This document shows, piece by piece, positions 40,126 through 52,385 of a stretch of 64,000 nt of DNA. Numbering within the stretch: position 1 is the stretch's first letter; each line of letters starts with the position of its first letter. The DNA lies in NCBI RefSeq assembly GCF_009914755.1, contig NC_060926.1. One strand, 5' to 3'. The position numbers and the translations under genes were made by a program. The notes beneath the pieces are model-generated. The model was not told the origin of the DNA. It worked only from the letters and a program-made list of their open reading frames with translations, and ran no database searches. Source of the DNA: the human T2T-CHM13v2.0 reference genome, Homo sapiens.

Positions 40126-41079
40126 ATTATATTATAATACTGGATTCACATAAACTACTTACAAGAACGAAATTCTTAATTGAAGGCATATTAATAAATG
40201 GTACAGCCATTAAATTAGTTAAAATAGAAAGATATTCTTTTGTTTTGAAACCTGTACTCTCCCATCTCCATTCAACTCAAATCCTACATCTTCTAAGAAG
40301 CTTCCAGAATGTGGTCAGAGAGATTCTCAGCAATAAGCATAAGTGAATTCTCCCTTACCTAGGCTTCTTACGTCCAATGTTCACATTTCCAATATTTACT
40401 TTCAATATTGATTCTATTCTGTCCTGTATCAAAGCTCATATTGAGGCTTCACATAAAGTTTCTGGAAAGTGGGGACTTTGCATAGAGTCCAGCTTTACCT
40501 GTCATAGAAAGTAATATGTTTCCATAGTATTACATACATGTTAAAATAAATATGCACATAAATGCACACATATGAGTTAAAAATGAAATCTTCATTCTTG
40601 ATTCTCGTTAGTTTCAACCATTCTAGGATGATGAGAGAATGCTATTTCTAATTTAAATTAAATCATGGTCATTTAGAATTTAGATAGAAATTTCAGTTTT
40701 TCATGAAAAATTCTAGTTATTGAGAGATCTGTCCTTAAATATCAAAGTCTACCAATTGTGAAGAGCAGCAATAGAAATAAGCCACGGGCCAAGCTAATGT
40801 ATCATATTATATTCTTTTATCACTAAAATACTGTATAAACAGTAACAAACAGGTGGTGACATTTCAGGGATAAACCCTATTCTAAGGGATTAATTACCAT
40901 TTATAATAATGGAGTTTTAAAAAGAAAATGGACCCACTGGGCTTGTTTACTCACTTTTTAACATATAGAGGGCATTTTAATTAACTACATTGCGTTTAGT
41001 GCATTTCCCATGTGCTAGAGGTAAGACTCCAGTGCTTGAACATAAGATATAATGAAACAATATATTTTCTTCTTTATTT

Positions 41080-44000
41080 TGTTGTTGTTTTACATTCCTT
41101 TTTGAAAATAACTTAATCCTATTTAAGTATAAAATTAAATGATTATTAAAGTATATACAGAATATACTTATTAAAATCCCTTTCCTGGAGACAATTATTA
41201 TAATCAATTTCTTAAGAAATAATTTTAGAAATATTCTATGCATCTATAAAATAAAAATATACATACGTTTTTCTTTTGCTTTTTAAAGCAAATGGTAGAT
41301 TATTTTATAATCTTTTCTATGTATTATTTTTATACTCGATGGTATATAAAATTGCGTATTAATACATATTACTACAAAAAGAACTTCCTTATTCATTCAT
41401 TTGGTTGCGTAGTATTCCATTGCTTGGATTGATATACCATATACTTTATTTAATGAGTTCTTTATTGATATACCTTTAGGTTGTTGCTAAACAGTTATAC
41501 CACAAACAATACTTCAACAAACAACAACGTCATGTGAGTCTTTCTCACATATGCAAGTGTACTTGTAGTACAAATACCTAGAGGTGGATTTCCTCTATAT
41601 AAAGGGATGTGTTAGTTATATGTGCTAGGCATTAGTCAAAATACACTCCTAAAAGTGTATACCCATTTATATTATCACCCACAAGCAAGAGAGTGCCAGT
41701 CTTTGCATACCCTTGCCAACAAGGTTATCAGATTTTCAACTCTTGTAAATTTGATTGACTAGAAACAGGATAACAGTGTTCTGACACACAGTATTTAACT
41801 ATGAGTGAGACTGAGCATCTTTTTGTATTTTTAATTTCATCCTTCTCTTTAATTGCTTTTTGAGTCTTTTCCAAACTTGTTGATTTGGACATTTAATTCT
41901 CATATTAATTCTCATTTGTTAATATAAATGCATTAAAATATTTCTAAATATAAGTAATTTCCCACTGAGCATTACATTGACTATGTCCTTGGGTGTCTTT
42001 ATTATCATAATAGTCTAGCATTTTTACTTTTTGCTTTTGAATCAAGTTACAAGTGTCTCCTGCTTCCCACCCCTGGAGCTACATTTTTTTCTTATCTGAA
42101 TTTTTAAAAATGTATAGTTTCACAGCGTTGACATCAGTTAATATAAAATTTCTACGTTTGAACAATGTATGGAAGTTTTGAGGTGCTAACATATGGTCAA
42201 CTTCAGGGCCCATGAAAAGATGATGTATCCTCTGTTTTTAGAACATAAAGTTTGACCTACATCTATTAGAGACACCTTGGTAACCAAGGAACATCTACTA
42301 GATACACCTTATTATTTAGGTAACATATATTGTTAGTTATGTTTTACTTACATGCATTGAGAGGGGTGAGGCATTTTACATTTTACTATAACAAATAGCT
42401 TTATATTTATTGATGTAGTATTTACTATCGGTATAGACTCTGGTTCTTATTTTATTCAAAGTATTATAAACTGTTATTATTTCATGCTTATGTTATCTCA
42501 TCTTTGAGAACTTTTTCAACTTGGCTCCTGTAATTTGGGACATCGTCTTATTATATTTCATTCTGTTTTCTCACCATCTATTCCCAAGATTTGTATATAT
42601 GCTGTATAATCTTGTTGCACAGATATGATTGCTTACGTTTTTAACGCATGGGGAAATGTAATGTTTTCATCTGCTTTATGACAACATTTTCCTTCTGAGT
42701 ATTCTTCAGCTGTCATTTGCTTTCCACTTGTTTTCATCATGTTTTGTAGTATGTTTGTATTAATTTTCTGTTAATTTCTCTATAATAAACCATCTTTCAA
42801 TAAAGTAAATTTTCCAGCTATTTGCAGACAATTGTAAGGAACAGCCTGGAGTTGTGTCTTGGCTAACAAAAATTTTTTAGGAGGTATTTTATTCTTTACT
42901 TCTCATTAGTCATAGAAAAAGGCTGAGAGCTGTCAAACTCTAAAAAGAATTTCCTCTCTATTTCCCTAACCTTCAAAATAGACACAGTTACTACCTGAAA
43001 CTTTGCCCATGTTTTTGTTTGTTCATTTTAAAAATTCTTTGTTCTGCTCAACATTCCTGCTTTTCAGAACCCAATCGGTATAGAGAAGTTCAACGCATCT
43101 AGGTCCTGCTTCTACAAGTAGGATTTTCTATTTTTCACCTCAGAATATATAGTTCACTTCGGAGAATTGCACTTTTGCTGGTTCTTTTTGAAGGTGGCAA
43201 TCATGGCTATCTTCTTTCTACTTTTGCCTATATCCCTGCTCAATCTTTACTTCCTAGGACACAATTTACACATATTTTTTCTCTTAATTTCAGCCAAGAT
43301 GACATCTGTGCTTCCGTTTTTTAAATATCCTTGCTGCCTATGATTAATTTTGCAAAAAAGCAAAAGAAATGTTGATTTTATGAACTATCATCAAAAATTT
43401 TGGAAAATTTTCATAATAATGTCTGACTTTTGAATATTGACTTATTTTGCTAATATAGAAAATAGGGCAGTGGTTTTTTAAAAAATCATGCTGATTGTTA
43501 GATCTCATATAGAATACTCTATGAGTGGGGGGGAATTGCAAATGGCAGCAAACTCTGCAATTCCTAATTATTAGCACTGACTTAAGTCTTTATATAAAAG
43601 TTATTGAGAAATTATTATACAAGTACAGTAATTAAGAACATTGGACTTTTAAATAATGTTGAAGAACTTCTAAGCATGAAACAAAAAAGAAGCCCTAGTG
43701 GAAATGATTAAAAAATATTTAATAACATGAAAAAGAAAACTTGTATATGATCAAAAAAAGATCAAAAGACAAAGATTACATTGAAATTCGTAATTTGCAA
43801 TATACATAGTAAATTAAAGGTTTATAGTTTAACATGTAAATGGTCCTAACAAACCAATATTGGAAAGATTAATACAAGATAAGAATGAGTGAAGGAAAAT
43901 TTTCCAATCATATTTATCTTGATAAATGTGTATTTAACTCAATTATTTCCTGTGTTTCTATATTTGTGTTTTATCTGACATTGCTATAGTTTTAGAGGAG

Positions 44001-44460
44001 ATGCATCAAAATGAGATTAATTATACCATCTTGATAAGAAGAAATTCATTTGGCTAATAAATATTCAAATGAAAATACTCAAATTCCCTGTAATAAAAGA
44101 AATAAAAATTAAAATTATGAGGCATTAATTTTCCTCTCTCAGATTAGTCATGTTATAAAGGTAGATAATGGTCATAACATAAAAAGGGATTTTCTCATGC
44201 AATGTGAGTCAGAATATAAATTGACATAACCTTTCACATTTGCTTTTTAAATTAAATTTTTTAGCCATTTTAATTCAGAAATGTCTAGAAATTTATCCTT
44301 AGAAAAACTCTATACAAGGATGGTCATGACATATGATTTATTTTAATAAAAAATGGAAACAGCCTAAATATTTAACAATCTGATTAAAGTATAGTTTATT
44401 AATGCAGTGAAATATTTAGCCATTAAATATAAAATAGGGAGAATATGACTAAGCATTTTG
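41080..44460. mobile_element. Degraded L1M (L1ME-like) fragments in both orientations
   Basis: Antisense TGCGTAGTATTCCATTG..AAATACCTAGAGGTGGATT..TGAGACTGAGCATCTT (41.1-42 kb); sense ORF2-end-like sequence at 43.65-44.45 kb. Confidence 0.65.
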
Positions 44461-45823
44461 TACAACTTGAAACTGCTTTTAAGACACATATACTTCAAAC
44501 ATTTACAAACAAAACATGTTTAAATAAATATGTCATCTAGACATCTGCTACTTTATTGTTACACAGTCCTCTAAGGTATTTTTTAATTTAAATAAACTTA
44601 TGGAGCCCCATCCCAAGTACTGTGGGTAGTCAAGTTCTCTACCCAATACCCCAAGGGTTATCAAGATGTTGATTCTTTTTACCCTCCTTCTACAGGCTTC
44701 TTGATTCCTATTCTGGTTTTACATTCTGAGTTGGCTCATTACTATAATCCATGTTGCCTAAGGCAAGAAATAGTCTCTTTCTTCATTGTTCAGAAAAAAA
44801 ATTATACACAGCTATTGTGTACTCCCAAGACAGCTGCTTGCAAGTATCTAAAGAAGGTTATAGCATGGCACAGAGCAGGCAACAAATTAATACTGAATAT
44901 GAGACTTTCCAGCTCTAAATCCCGAGGGTATGTCTACCACATGTAGGTAACCTAGACCTACCTGTAGATCAATTTCTCTCCCAAAAGGTTTTTTCTGTCC
45001 TGTTGCCTGGTCAGGCTTTCTCTCTTCAGAGACTGCTTTTTGTACCTCACTATTGTATCAGTTTCTGATCCCAAACCACAGGTTTCCAGGAAAGGATTCA
45101 AAATTTTAATATTCATCTGTTATATTGGGCAAATCAATGTAACTTTTTTTGTAATGACCCTTTCCTTTTAGACTATATGCAGAGTACTAACATTTTGCAA
45201 TTAAAAAGCATTCCAACAAGGTTTTGCCTAATCAACAAAGCCATTCTCTCCCTAAGAGAAAATTCTGCTGAACTCCAAGGGCATCCAACATAAAACACAG
45301 TAAGCTTTTAAAGGCAACTTTGAATCCTTCCTATTGAGATAGATACAGGTATTCGCTGAAACACATAAATAATTATGTGTGTGAGCTAGGAGAGGATGCA
45401 CACAAAATGTATATAAAACTTATCTCTTGTAGTCGAGTTGGGTATTTGGGTGGTGTGGTACTCAATTTTTGAGACATTGCATCTATCAGGATATGTTTGA
45501 ACAGTAAACAGGCATTCGGTAATTTTTAAGAAGTTAGAATATGAATAATTCAAAGGTGAATTTGGTGACATCTCAGACAAACTGAAATAGGATCATTCAG
45601 ACTTTCAAAGCTGTGTGTTTCCAGAGGCAAAAGAGAATCTCATTCAGAATTGATCATCAATGTTTAATTTCCAGTCTGGAATACCAAAAGGGAATTGACT
45701 TAGGCCCTAGAGAGTTGGTTTCTTGTATTTAAATGGAGATATTAGTATCTTTCCTCTCTGTTAGTATTTAACATTTATCTCCTTATTTAGAAAATGCTGA
45801 AGCACACAATTAGAGTCGTAGAG

Positions 45824-46316
45824 TTGCACTGTTCAGTATGGTAGTCAATAGCACCATTTAGCTATTGAGCACCTTAAATGTGGCTAATGTGACTGAGAAA
45901 CTAAATTTTTAGTTTTACTTAATTTAATTTAGTTTTTAAAACTAGTACTCAATTCAGTTACTAGAAAACTCTTAAGGCTGTTTGGGAAAACTTGGACATA
46001 CAAATCTATTTTTCGACTGTACATTTTATAAAAGGTAAATATAGATCGAATATTTCCAATGAAAACTGAGTGTCCAAATTGAGATGTAAGTGTAAAATAC
46101 ACATCAAATTTCAAAGATGTAGTATAACAAAAAAAGTAAAATATGTCCTCAATTTTTATACTGATTACATGCTGAAATTATAATATTTTGGATATATTGG
46201 ATTAAAATCCATTACTTATATTGATTTCACCTTTTTAAACTTTAAAAAATGTATCTACTAAACAATTATAAACAACATATGTGAGTCACATTGTATCTTT
46301 AATAAACAGCAACACT
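45824..46316 (+). mobile_element. Charlie1 deletion derivative (hAT; MER3/MER33-type ends)
   Basis: MER3/MER33-like ends; internal LFGKTWTYKSIF / STVHFIKGKYRSNISNEN (one frameshift) resembles the hAT dimerisation motif. Confidence 0.82.
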
Positions 46317-46369
46317 AGAAGGTAAAATCAAAACTTACTGCAGAAGTCACAAGCTGGTAGAGATCATTT

Positions 46370-46660
46370 AGCCCACAAACTTCTGTATGTCATCCATATA
46401 ATGTTTTTAATTATTTTTAATTAGTTACAAGTATTTAATATATATAGTTAATTTTTGAAAAATATTGGTAACTGGCTCCTCTTGAAAAGTTAGAAAATTT
46501 GACAAAATTACATTTTTTCTTGCATGGCAAGAATTTGCCTGAAATGACAGTGGCTGCCCCCTGTCGCTAGCCCTAAGCTATTTCGCACCACCCTCCCAGT
46601 TAATAAAAAATAAAATCACTCTGCCAGACCACTGAAGACATTTGAGTTCGAAATCTTTAA
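46370..46660 (+). mobile_element. MER102-like hAT fragment
   Basis: CATGGCAAGAATT..AGTGGCTGCCCCC..CACCACCCTCCC..ATTTGAGTTCG. Confidence 0.5.
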
Positions 46661-47534
46661 AGCACATGACAGGATGATGTAAAAGAAGTGGGGATTTTTA
46701 CCCACTAAATTTGTTCTACAAATGTTCTCTACATTGGGTAGTTTCCGTTTTTCTAGCCACAAAAATTGATCAACATTTTACAAGGTGAAAATCCCGTTGA
46801 ACAATTGAACAGCTGTCCATAAATCATGTAACAGAACCAGAATGAAGCGACATCTTGCCTTGTGGTGCATAAAATCCTAGTTATATTTAATGCGAAGTCT
46901 TCTCCTTTAAGTCCTGGGAACCTCCCAGGTCCTCCCTGCACTATTGACCTATATGACAGGCTTTAATTAGCACAGATTTTTCACGTTCATGGATAGATTT
47001 GAAATTTGGAAGTACTTAATGAAAAAGGTCTGTTACCTTGACCAGGCTGAAATTGCAGTTAGAGGACATTTGCTTGCTCCAAAGGCACTGCATACAAATA
47101 TATGAATATTAACACTATGCATACAAAAATGAAGCTTTCATTTTTTTCCTAAAGGAATATTCATGTTGATCTGCTGTTAATACTCCCTGAAAAATGTGAA
47201 TGATATCTTTAAAACTTATGAACTCAATGTAGAATTAAATATAACTAGATTGTTTGACAGCAATTCAAGCATCATAACTTTTTCTTTGCCTGTTGGATTA
47301 AAGGAAATTAGATGAATAAATGACTCTGTTTATCTTTTACTAAAGCCTGTATATGTAGCCTACAGACTAATAGGATACAGAACTGATAGATACATACATA
47401 CATATGTATATATGTATATACATATATACATACATGCAAAGTAAATAAGTAGAATAATTACAAAGTCTTCAAATTATGATGAAGAAAAACATGCAGAGAT
47501 AGAGAATGATACTGGGGGATTAAGAAGTAGTCAG

Positions 47535-47785
47535 GGATCGGATGCAGTGGCTCAAGCTTGTAATCTCAGTGCTTTGAGAGGTTGAGGTGGGAGGACTGCT
47601 TGAGCCGAGGAGTTCGAGACCATCCTGGACAACATAGTGAGATCCCTTGTGGTCCCAGCTACTTGGGAGGCTGAAGTGAGAGGATCGCTTGAGCCCCAGA
47701 GGTCAAGAGTGCAACGATCCAAGATCATGCTACTGCACTCCAGCCTTGGCGATAGAGCAAGACCTCTCAAAAAAAAAAAAAAAAA
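47535..47785 (+). mobile_element. AluJ lacking the central A-rich linker
   Basis: The left arm joins directly to TGTGGTCCCAGCTACT at ~47648; A-tail present; TSD about AGT(A/G)GTCAGG. Confidence 0.92.
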
Positions 47786-48421
47786 TAGTGGTCAGGGAAG
47801 ACCTCTTTGCAGGGCTGAAATTTGAGGTGAAACCTGAAGAAATAGAGTTACGTGAAGAGCAAAAGAATGGTCCACATCCAAACAGAGGGAAGAGCATGTG
47901 CAGAAGTCTTGAGGCACGTATATTTAACTGAAAGAAGGCCAGTGTGGCTACGACAAAGTCTGACCTGGCCACCTGGCCTGGGAGCCATTGTGCAGACCTG
48001 ACCATCATTTTGGGCACCATCATTTTGATTCTGACATAGTACCCTCATTAGCAGAGGCAGCTGAATGCTGCCATCCTAGATGGGGTCTTCACATGCTCAG
48101 CATAAGCCACCTCAGCCCATCCCAGCACGCACCTAAACCAACCAGCTTAGATGTAACCTGCAGCACCAGAGACTTTGCTCTCCTCAAATCAACTAGAGAT
48201 ACCCCTGCCCCTGACTTTTTTTTAATTTTTATTTTTTGGCTTTAAAAGACCCACTTCTCCTCTTGTCCAACCTTCTTACCTGGAGCTGAGACTCTATTCT
48301 AACATGTGTTCCTTACTGGACAGGAAGATTTTTCCACATTGTGCTCATTCTTTTTGCTTTTATCCATTGTTTTTATCTTTGAATAGGAGTTAGGTAAAAA
48401 GCAGTATAGATGAATTGGGAA

Positions 48422-48998
48422 GGTAGAGGAAGAAAAAAATTATTATTTTATCAACCCTCAGAAGTTACAGGGAATGGTCACTGTAACAAAAGACTGATTA
48501 ACAAGAGAAAAGCAAATAGAAGTTTATCAACATGCATACTTCATGCGTACATGGGGGATACCCAGACTATGAGTAATTTCTCAAAGAGATGGCTTTAAAT
48601 TACATAGCATCTTCAATAAAGAACAGTACATTTTTGGAAAAGTGGCAAGTCAGAAGAAAAAGACTTTGATTTTCTGGGGGTGGCCACTTGTGAGAAGTCA
48701 AACAAATGGCAGATGAAGGCTAGTTAGTAAAGCTTGCTAACTGTAGACTCTCCTGGTGCTATCTCCAGGCCCAAAATGGGTCTAAAGTAGTCTTCAGTAG
48801 TTAACCTGTGTTATCCCTGGTAGAAGGACAAGGTAGGGCGATATCTTTTTTCTTTGTAAATATATGTCCTGCTTTTCGGCAAGAGAGGAAGGGCAGAGAG
48901 CTTTTCTGCATCTGCTTCTTAAGTGCCTCCAGCTCAACAAAACTGATATACCAAAGAGGTATAATTTATTTTGGTGTGGTATATTCTGGTCTTCCACA
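48422..48998 (-). mobile_element. MER34-family solo LTR (ERV1)
   Basis: Minus strand starts TGTGGAAGACCAGAATATACCACACCAAAATA; other end TTTTTTCTTCCTCTAC. Confidence 0.8.
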
Positions 48999-49319
48999 GA
49001 GTCAAATAACATAGCCATGGAAAGAAGTTTGGAATTCATCTTAAGTATAAAGTCAGATTACTAAAGGGCATTAAGTAGGGGGAGTGATAAATCCAATTCA
49101 AATTTTGAAATGATTATTCTCACTGCTATGCAAACAAATGAATAAACAAAAAATGCTTGAAAATGGGTAAAAGCGACAGGTCAAGGACCAGAGGGGAGGA
49201 GGGAGGTATCCGGGTGTTGGAGTGGGTATTTGTTAAATTGGTGTGAGATCAACATGTCAAATTAATAGAATCATGCTAACAATAAATGTTGGCAATTACA
49301 ATTGATGACAAGAAAAATC

Positions 49320-49870
49320 AATATTTATTGAGTGCAAGCTGCCTTATGTTTTCCCCATCAAATTTACACAAGCTTATAAGTGTGTTAGAATGAGCTCATT
49401 TTTTTTAATCCAAAATGTGTTTATTGAGATGATTTCCCACTCATCTTGATTCAGAGTGCTTTTAGCGCTGCTTCCTCCTGAAGGAACATCCTTCTGTAAA
49501 TCTTGCTTTTCCTCCTGTAGGCAAGTGGAGGACAGTGGAGCAGCCAACACACAAAACTACTGTTAGTGCATAGCTAAAGACCGTGGTGATTTTATAGCGT
49601 CCTGGGCATTTCACATCCCTGAAGTAGGAACTGGGGCTCTGCACCAGGTATTTCTTCTTGTGTTTCCTTTTCTCCTCTTCTGGAGAGGGATGAAAGAGAT
49701 CTTTTGCAAGAAGCATGTTCTCGTAGGTAGGTCATCACCGCCAGAAAGGTAGAATGAACTCATTTAACAGTCAAAAAAATTTAACTCAGACAGTTTGGCT
49801 AAAGTCACACCGCGATTAGCTGAGATTCAAACCAGACAGTAGGATTACTAAGCTGGTACTCTCATATATG
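49320..49870 (-). mobile_element. MIR split by the RPS27 retrocopy
   Basis: ATTTATTGAGTGC...CTCATTT [insert] AACAG..AAAGTCACAC..GAGATTCAAACCAG. Confidence 0.65.
49402..49749 (-). pseudogene. RPS27: Full-length processed RPS27 (eS27) retrocopy; ORF 49462-49716 open (84 aa)
   Basis: Intronless; 72/84 aa identical to recalled human RPS27; 5' TOP start CCTTTCTGGCGG; AATAAA and short poly-A; 16-bp TSD TAGAATGA(G/A)CTCATTT at 49386-49401 and 49750-49765; TTT/AA L1 endonuclease site. Confidence 0.97.
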
Positions 49871-50063
49871 TAAATTTAATTAATTAACAAGAATTGCTGA
49901 GAACATACTGCATGCAAAGTCATACACTGTTTCTCAAGAAAAGGAAAACAAATGAAAATGGAAAAAAATCTTATAATAGGCTTTTGTTTACTGTTATGTA
50001 ATAAAAACATTGAACAAGATTTTTTTTTCTGTAAAAAGAATATAAAACTATTTCCAGGCAAGG

Positions 50064-50552
50064 TGTCAGAGTCCTGTCAGCATAGAGTGATTGGCTCATG
50101 GGTAGTAAGAAGAATTTACCAACAATGGTATAGGTTAGAAAAGGAAAGTTTTATTAGATAAAAAGAACGCTCTAGCAGAGTGCAGCAGGGCACTTAGGCA
50201 AGAGGACTGAGTGTGCTGCAGTGGATTTTCCTTAGAGGTATTTATGAACCTTAAAGCAGGAGCTTAAGGGTAATGTGGATCACATTAGCCACATAGGTCA
50301 TGGCAAATGATTACATTTGTAGACATTTTGGTGTCTTAATGTCAGCAAGAGCTGCACAATGAATTTTGACATGCATGCATTCCAGAGATGTATAGAAATT
50401 CTAGTTACTTATAAATTTTTGGAAACAAAATGTGAAATCAGATGCCCACTTTAGATAATAGGGAAGTCAAATTACTTCTAAATTCTTCAGATAAGGACTT
50501 TTGCCTCTGGATGGTCTGCTTGATAGCCATCTGGTGGACTTTGCTCTGCTCA
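50064..50552 (-). mobile_element. ERV1 3' LTR (MER66-like)
   Basis: Minus strand TGAGCAGAGCAAAG..CCATCCAGAGGCAAAA..GACTTCCCTATTATCTAAAG...TGACA, preceded by PPT AGGGGAAAAA. Confidence 0.82.
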
Positions 50553-50864
50553 TTTTTCCCCTGACAAGTATCTCGGTCAAACCTTTGACCCTTTATAATC
50601 CCCTATGCTCATGTCCACCTGCTGCCTACCAGGGTCTCAAGAAAGGGAAAACAGCATAGTGAAGATGAGCATTGGGTCTGTCTGGCTGCTTCCTGCTGAA
50701 AGGGGCTGTGGAGGGGATATGTTTTGTTTTCCCCTTTTTCGTTCTCTGTCATGAAGGGAATGAGGGGTCATGAAAAACTTGTTCAAAGTGGGAAGACTAG
50801 ATTCCATCAACAGGCACCGTATAAGTGGAAGTTCCTGTTGCCAGCTGGTATTGGGATTGCATAG

Positions 50865-52060
50865 TCATCTGCAGGTGGAATTGTTGTTATCTGGAAGATA
50901 TAAATTAATTAGCACATTTAAAAGGCAGGGACCATATATTAAAAGAAGAATGATTAGGAATAAATGTCCAAGGAATGGAAGAAGCAAAGTGATTCTTGGA
51001 AACCAATCAGTTAGGGTTTGGGTCCAGTCTTGGTTACTTTGGGAAAGTATGTGTAGCCATTTGGCTTGTTTGAAAATGTCTTGGACACTAGTTTCCACTT
51101 CTCCAGACACATGAATGTAGGCGAAACAGGTTTTGTTGATGACAACACAGACTCCTCCTTGTTCAGCTAGGAGGTAATCTAGAGCTTGTCTATTATCTAA
51201 AACCATTCCTGCTAGTGAGCCTAAAGACTTTCCTAGCACTGATGGACTTGAGCCAGTTTTTGCTAAGGCTATTTTAAGGAGGCAGTAAGTTCCTATAGTG
51301 TGAGTTCATGGTAAGTAAAACCTTCCCCAAAAGTTGAGAGTTGTATCAGTTCCCATAACTCCAGTCACAGTAAGTCCTAGAGCCCTTTTTCTTTTAGAAT
51401 GGGATTTTAGATTGGAAGCTATGTTCAAGATAGTGATTTGAGCAGGATCTATTTTACCCAGAATACAATCACCATAATGAAGAGAATTATCAAGGTAGGA
51501 TAGGGCCAAAGCGTGAAGAGGGTTTAAATAGTTATCAACAGTACCGCAAAGCCATAATAACCTAGAAGGGGTGGGTAATACAATGTGATTGGTTTGATTT
51601 AAATACTGGGAAAAAGGGAAGGGGGTCTTTTGACAGTTTTTGAGAGGCCTCATACATGAGGAAAAGTTATGTTTATGTCCCAGTGGGAGAGGTTTAAAAC
51701 TAGAGCGGTGCATGAGCAATGAATAGAATATAAAATAAGTGGCACAATCATTATTTTCCACATTGGTTATATCATTACAGTAACATACACGAATGGTATT
51801 GGGAAAAATTGCCTTGCAAATAAAAATCTACTGCAAGTTGAACAATTGTATGTGGGTTTTAAGTAATGATAGTTGGATAAAGAGTAAGTGAATTGAGGAT
51901 AATATTATAAAATTGAAGGATATTGCTAAATTGAATAATTTTGACAAGGGTTTCCATTAAGCTCTTCTGGAGCACATAAGTAAGTGAAAAGGGAGGTGAA
52001 GGAAAGTAGATAATAAAGACAGCAAAGAGTTTCTGAAAAAAAAAAGGTTAGTGTTACCTG
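50865..52060 (-). pseudogene. env: Gamma-type env remnant (partial SU, furin site, TM)
   Basis: KRKR|ALGL cleavage site; ISD LDNRQALDYLLAEQGGVC; CX6CC degraded to CVVINKTCF; hydrophobic anchor LLLPFLGHLFLIILLLIYGPC; frameshift between SU and TM. Confidence 0.92.
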
Positions 52061-52385
52061 GTTGTTTATGAAACAAGAATCATAGATCTTCCAAGGGCTC
52101 ATAAGTGTGAGTGGGCCAGTGTTGGTGCAGACTTTATGCAGAAAGATAGATCCCAGGGGAGATTCCCTATAATTTAACAGCTGTAGGAGAGGTTGGGAGG
52201 ATTTGAAGGAGTCTAGTCTAGAAAGCCTGAAGGAGTTTTCTGTTTGAAGGTAAAGTTTTTAGATATACCCAGTCCCCCGGGTTAAAAAGAGGCCTTGTTT
52301 CTGACCAGGAGGGGTCAAGTTTTGGATGATATTTGACTTTGTATTCAGTAACGGCCTGGATAGTTTTCCCCAATAAGACAACAAT
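52060..52385 (-). pseudogene. pol: ERV1 integrase C-terminal remnant; provirus 5'-truncated
   Basis: The minus strand encodes PLFNPGDWVYLK and TSPTAVKL (GPY/F region). Confidence 0.8.

Larger units (their letters stand above)
47450..49140 (-). mobile_element. L2 fragment interrupted by AluJ and LTRs
   Basis: GTGGTCAGGGAAGACCTCT..TTTGAG..AACAGAGGGAAGAGCATGTGCAGAAG..GAAGGCCAGTGTGGCT; resumes at GCCATGGAAAGAAGTTTGGA. Confidence 0.75.

Noticed and set aside
47975-48330. GC-richer block inside L2 with repeated ACCATCATTTTG
   Set aside because: Probably an LTR fragment, but I cannot assign a family or find termini.
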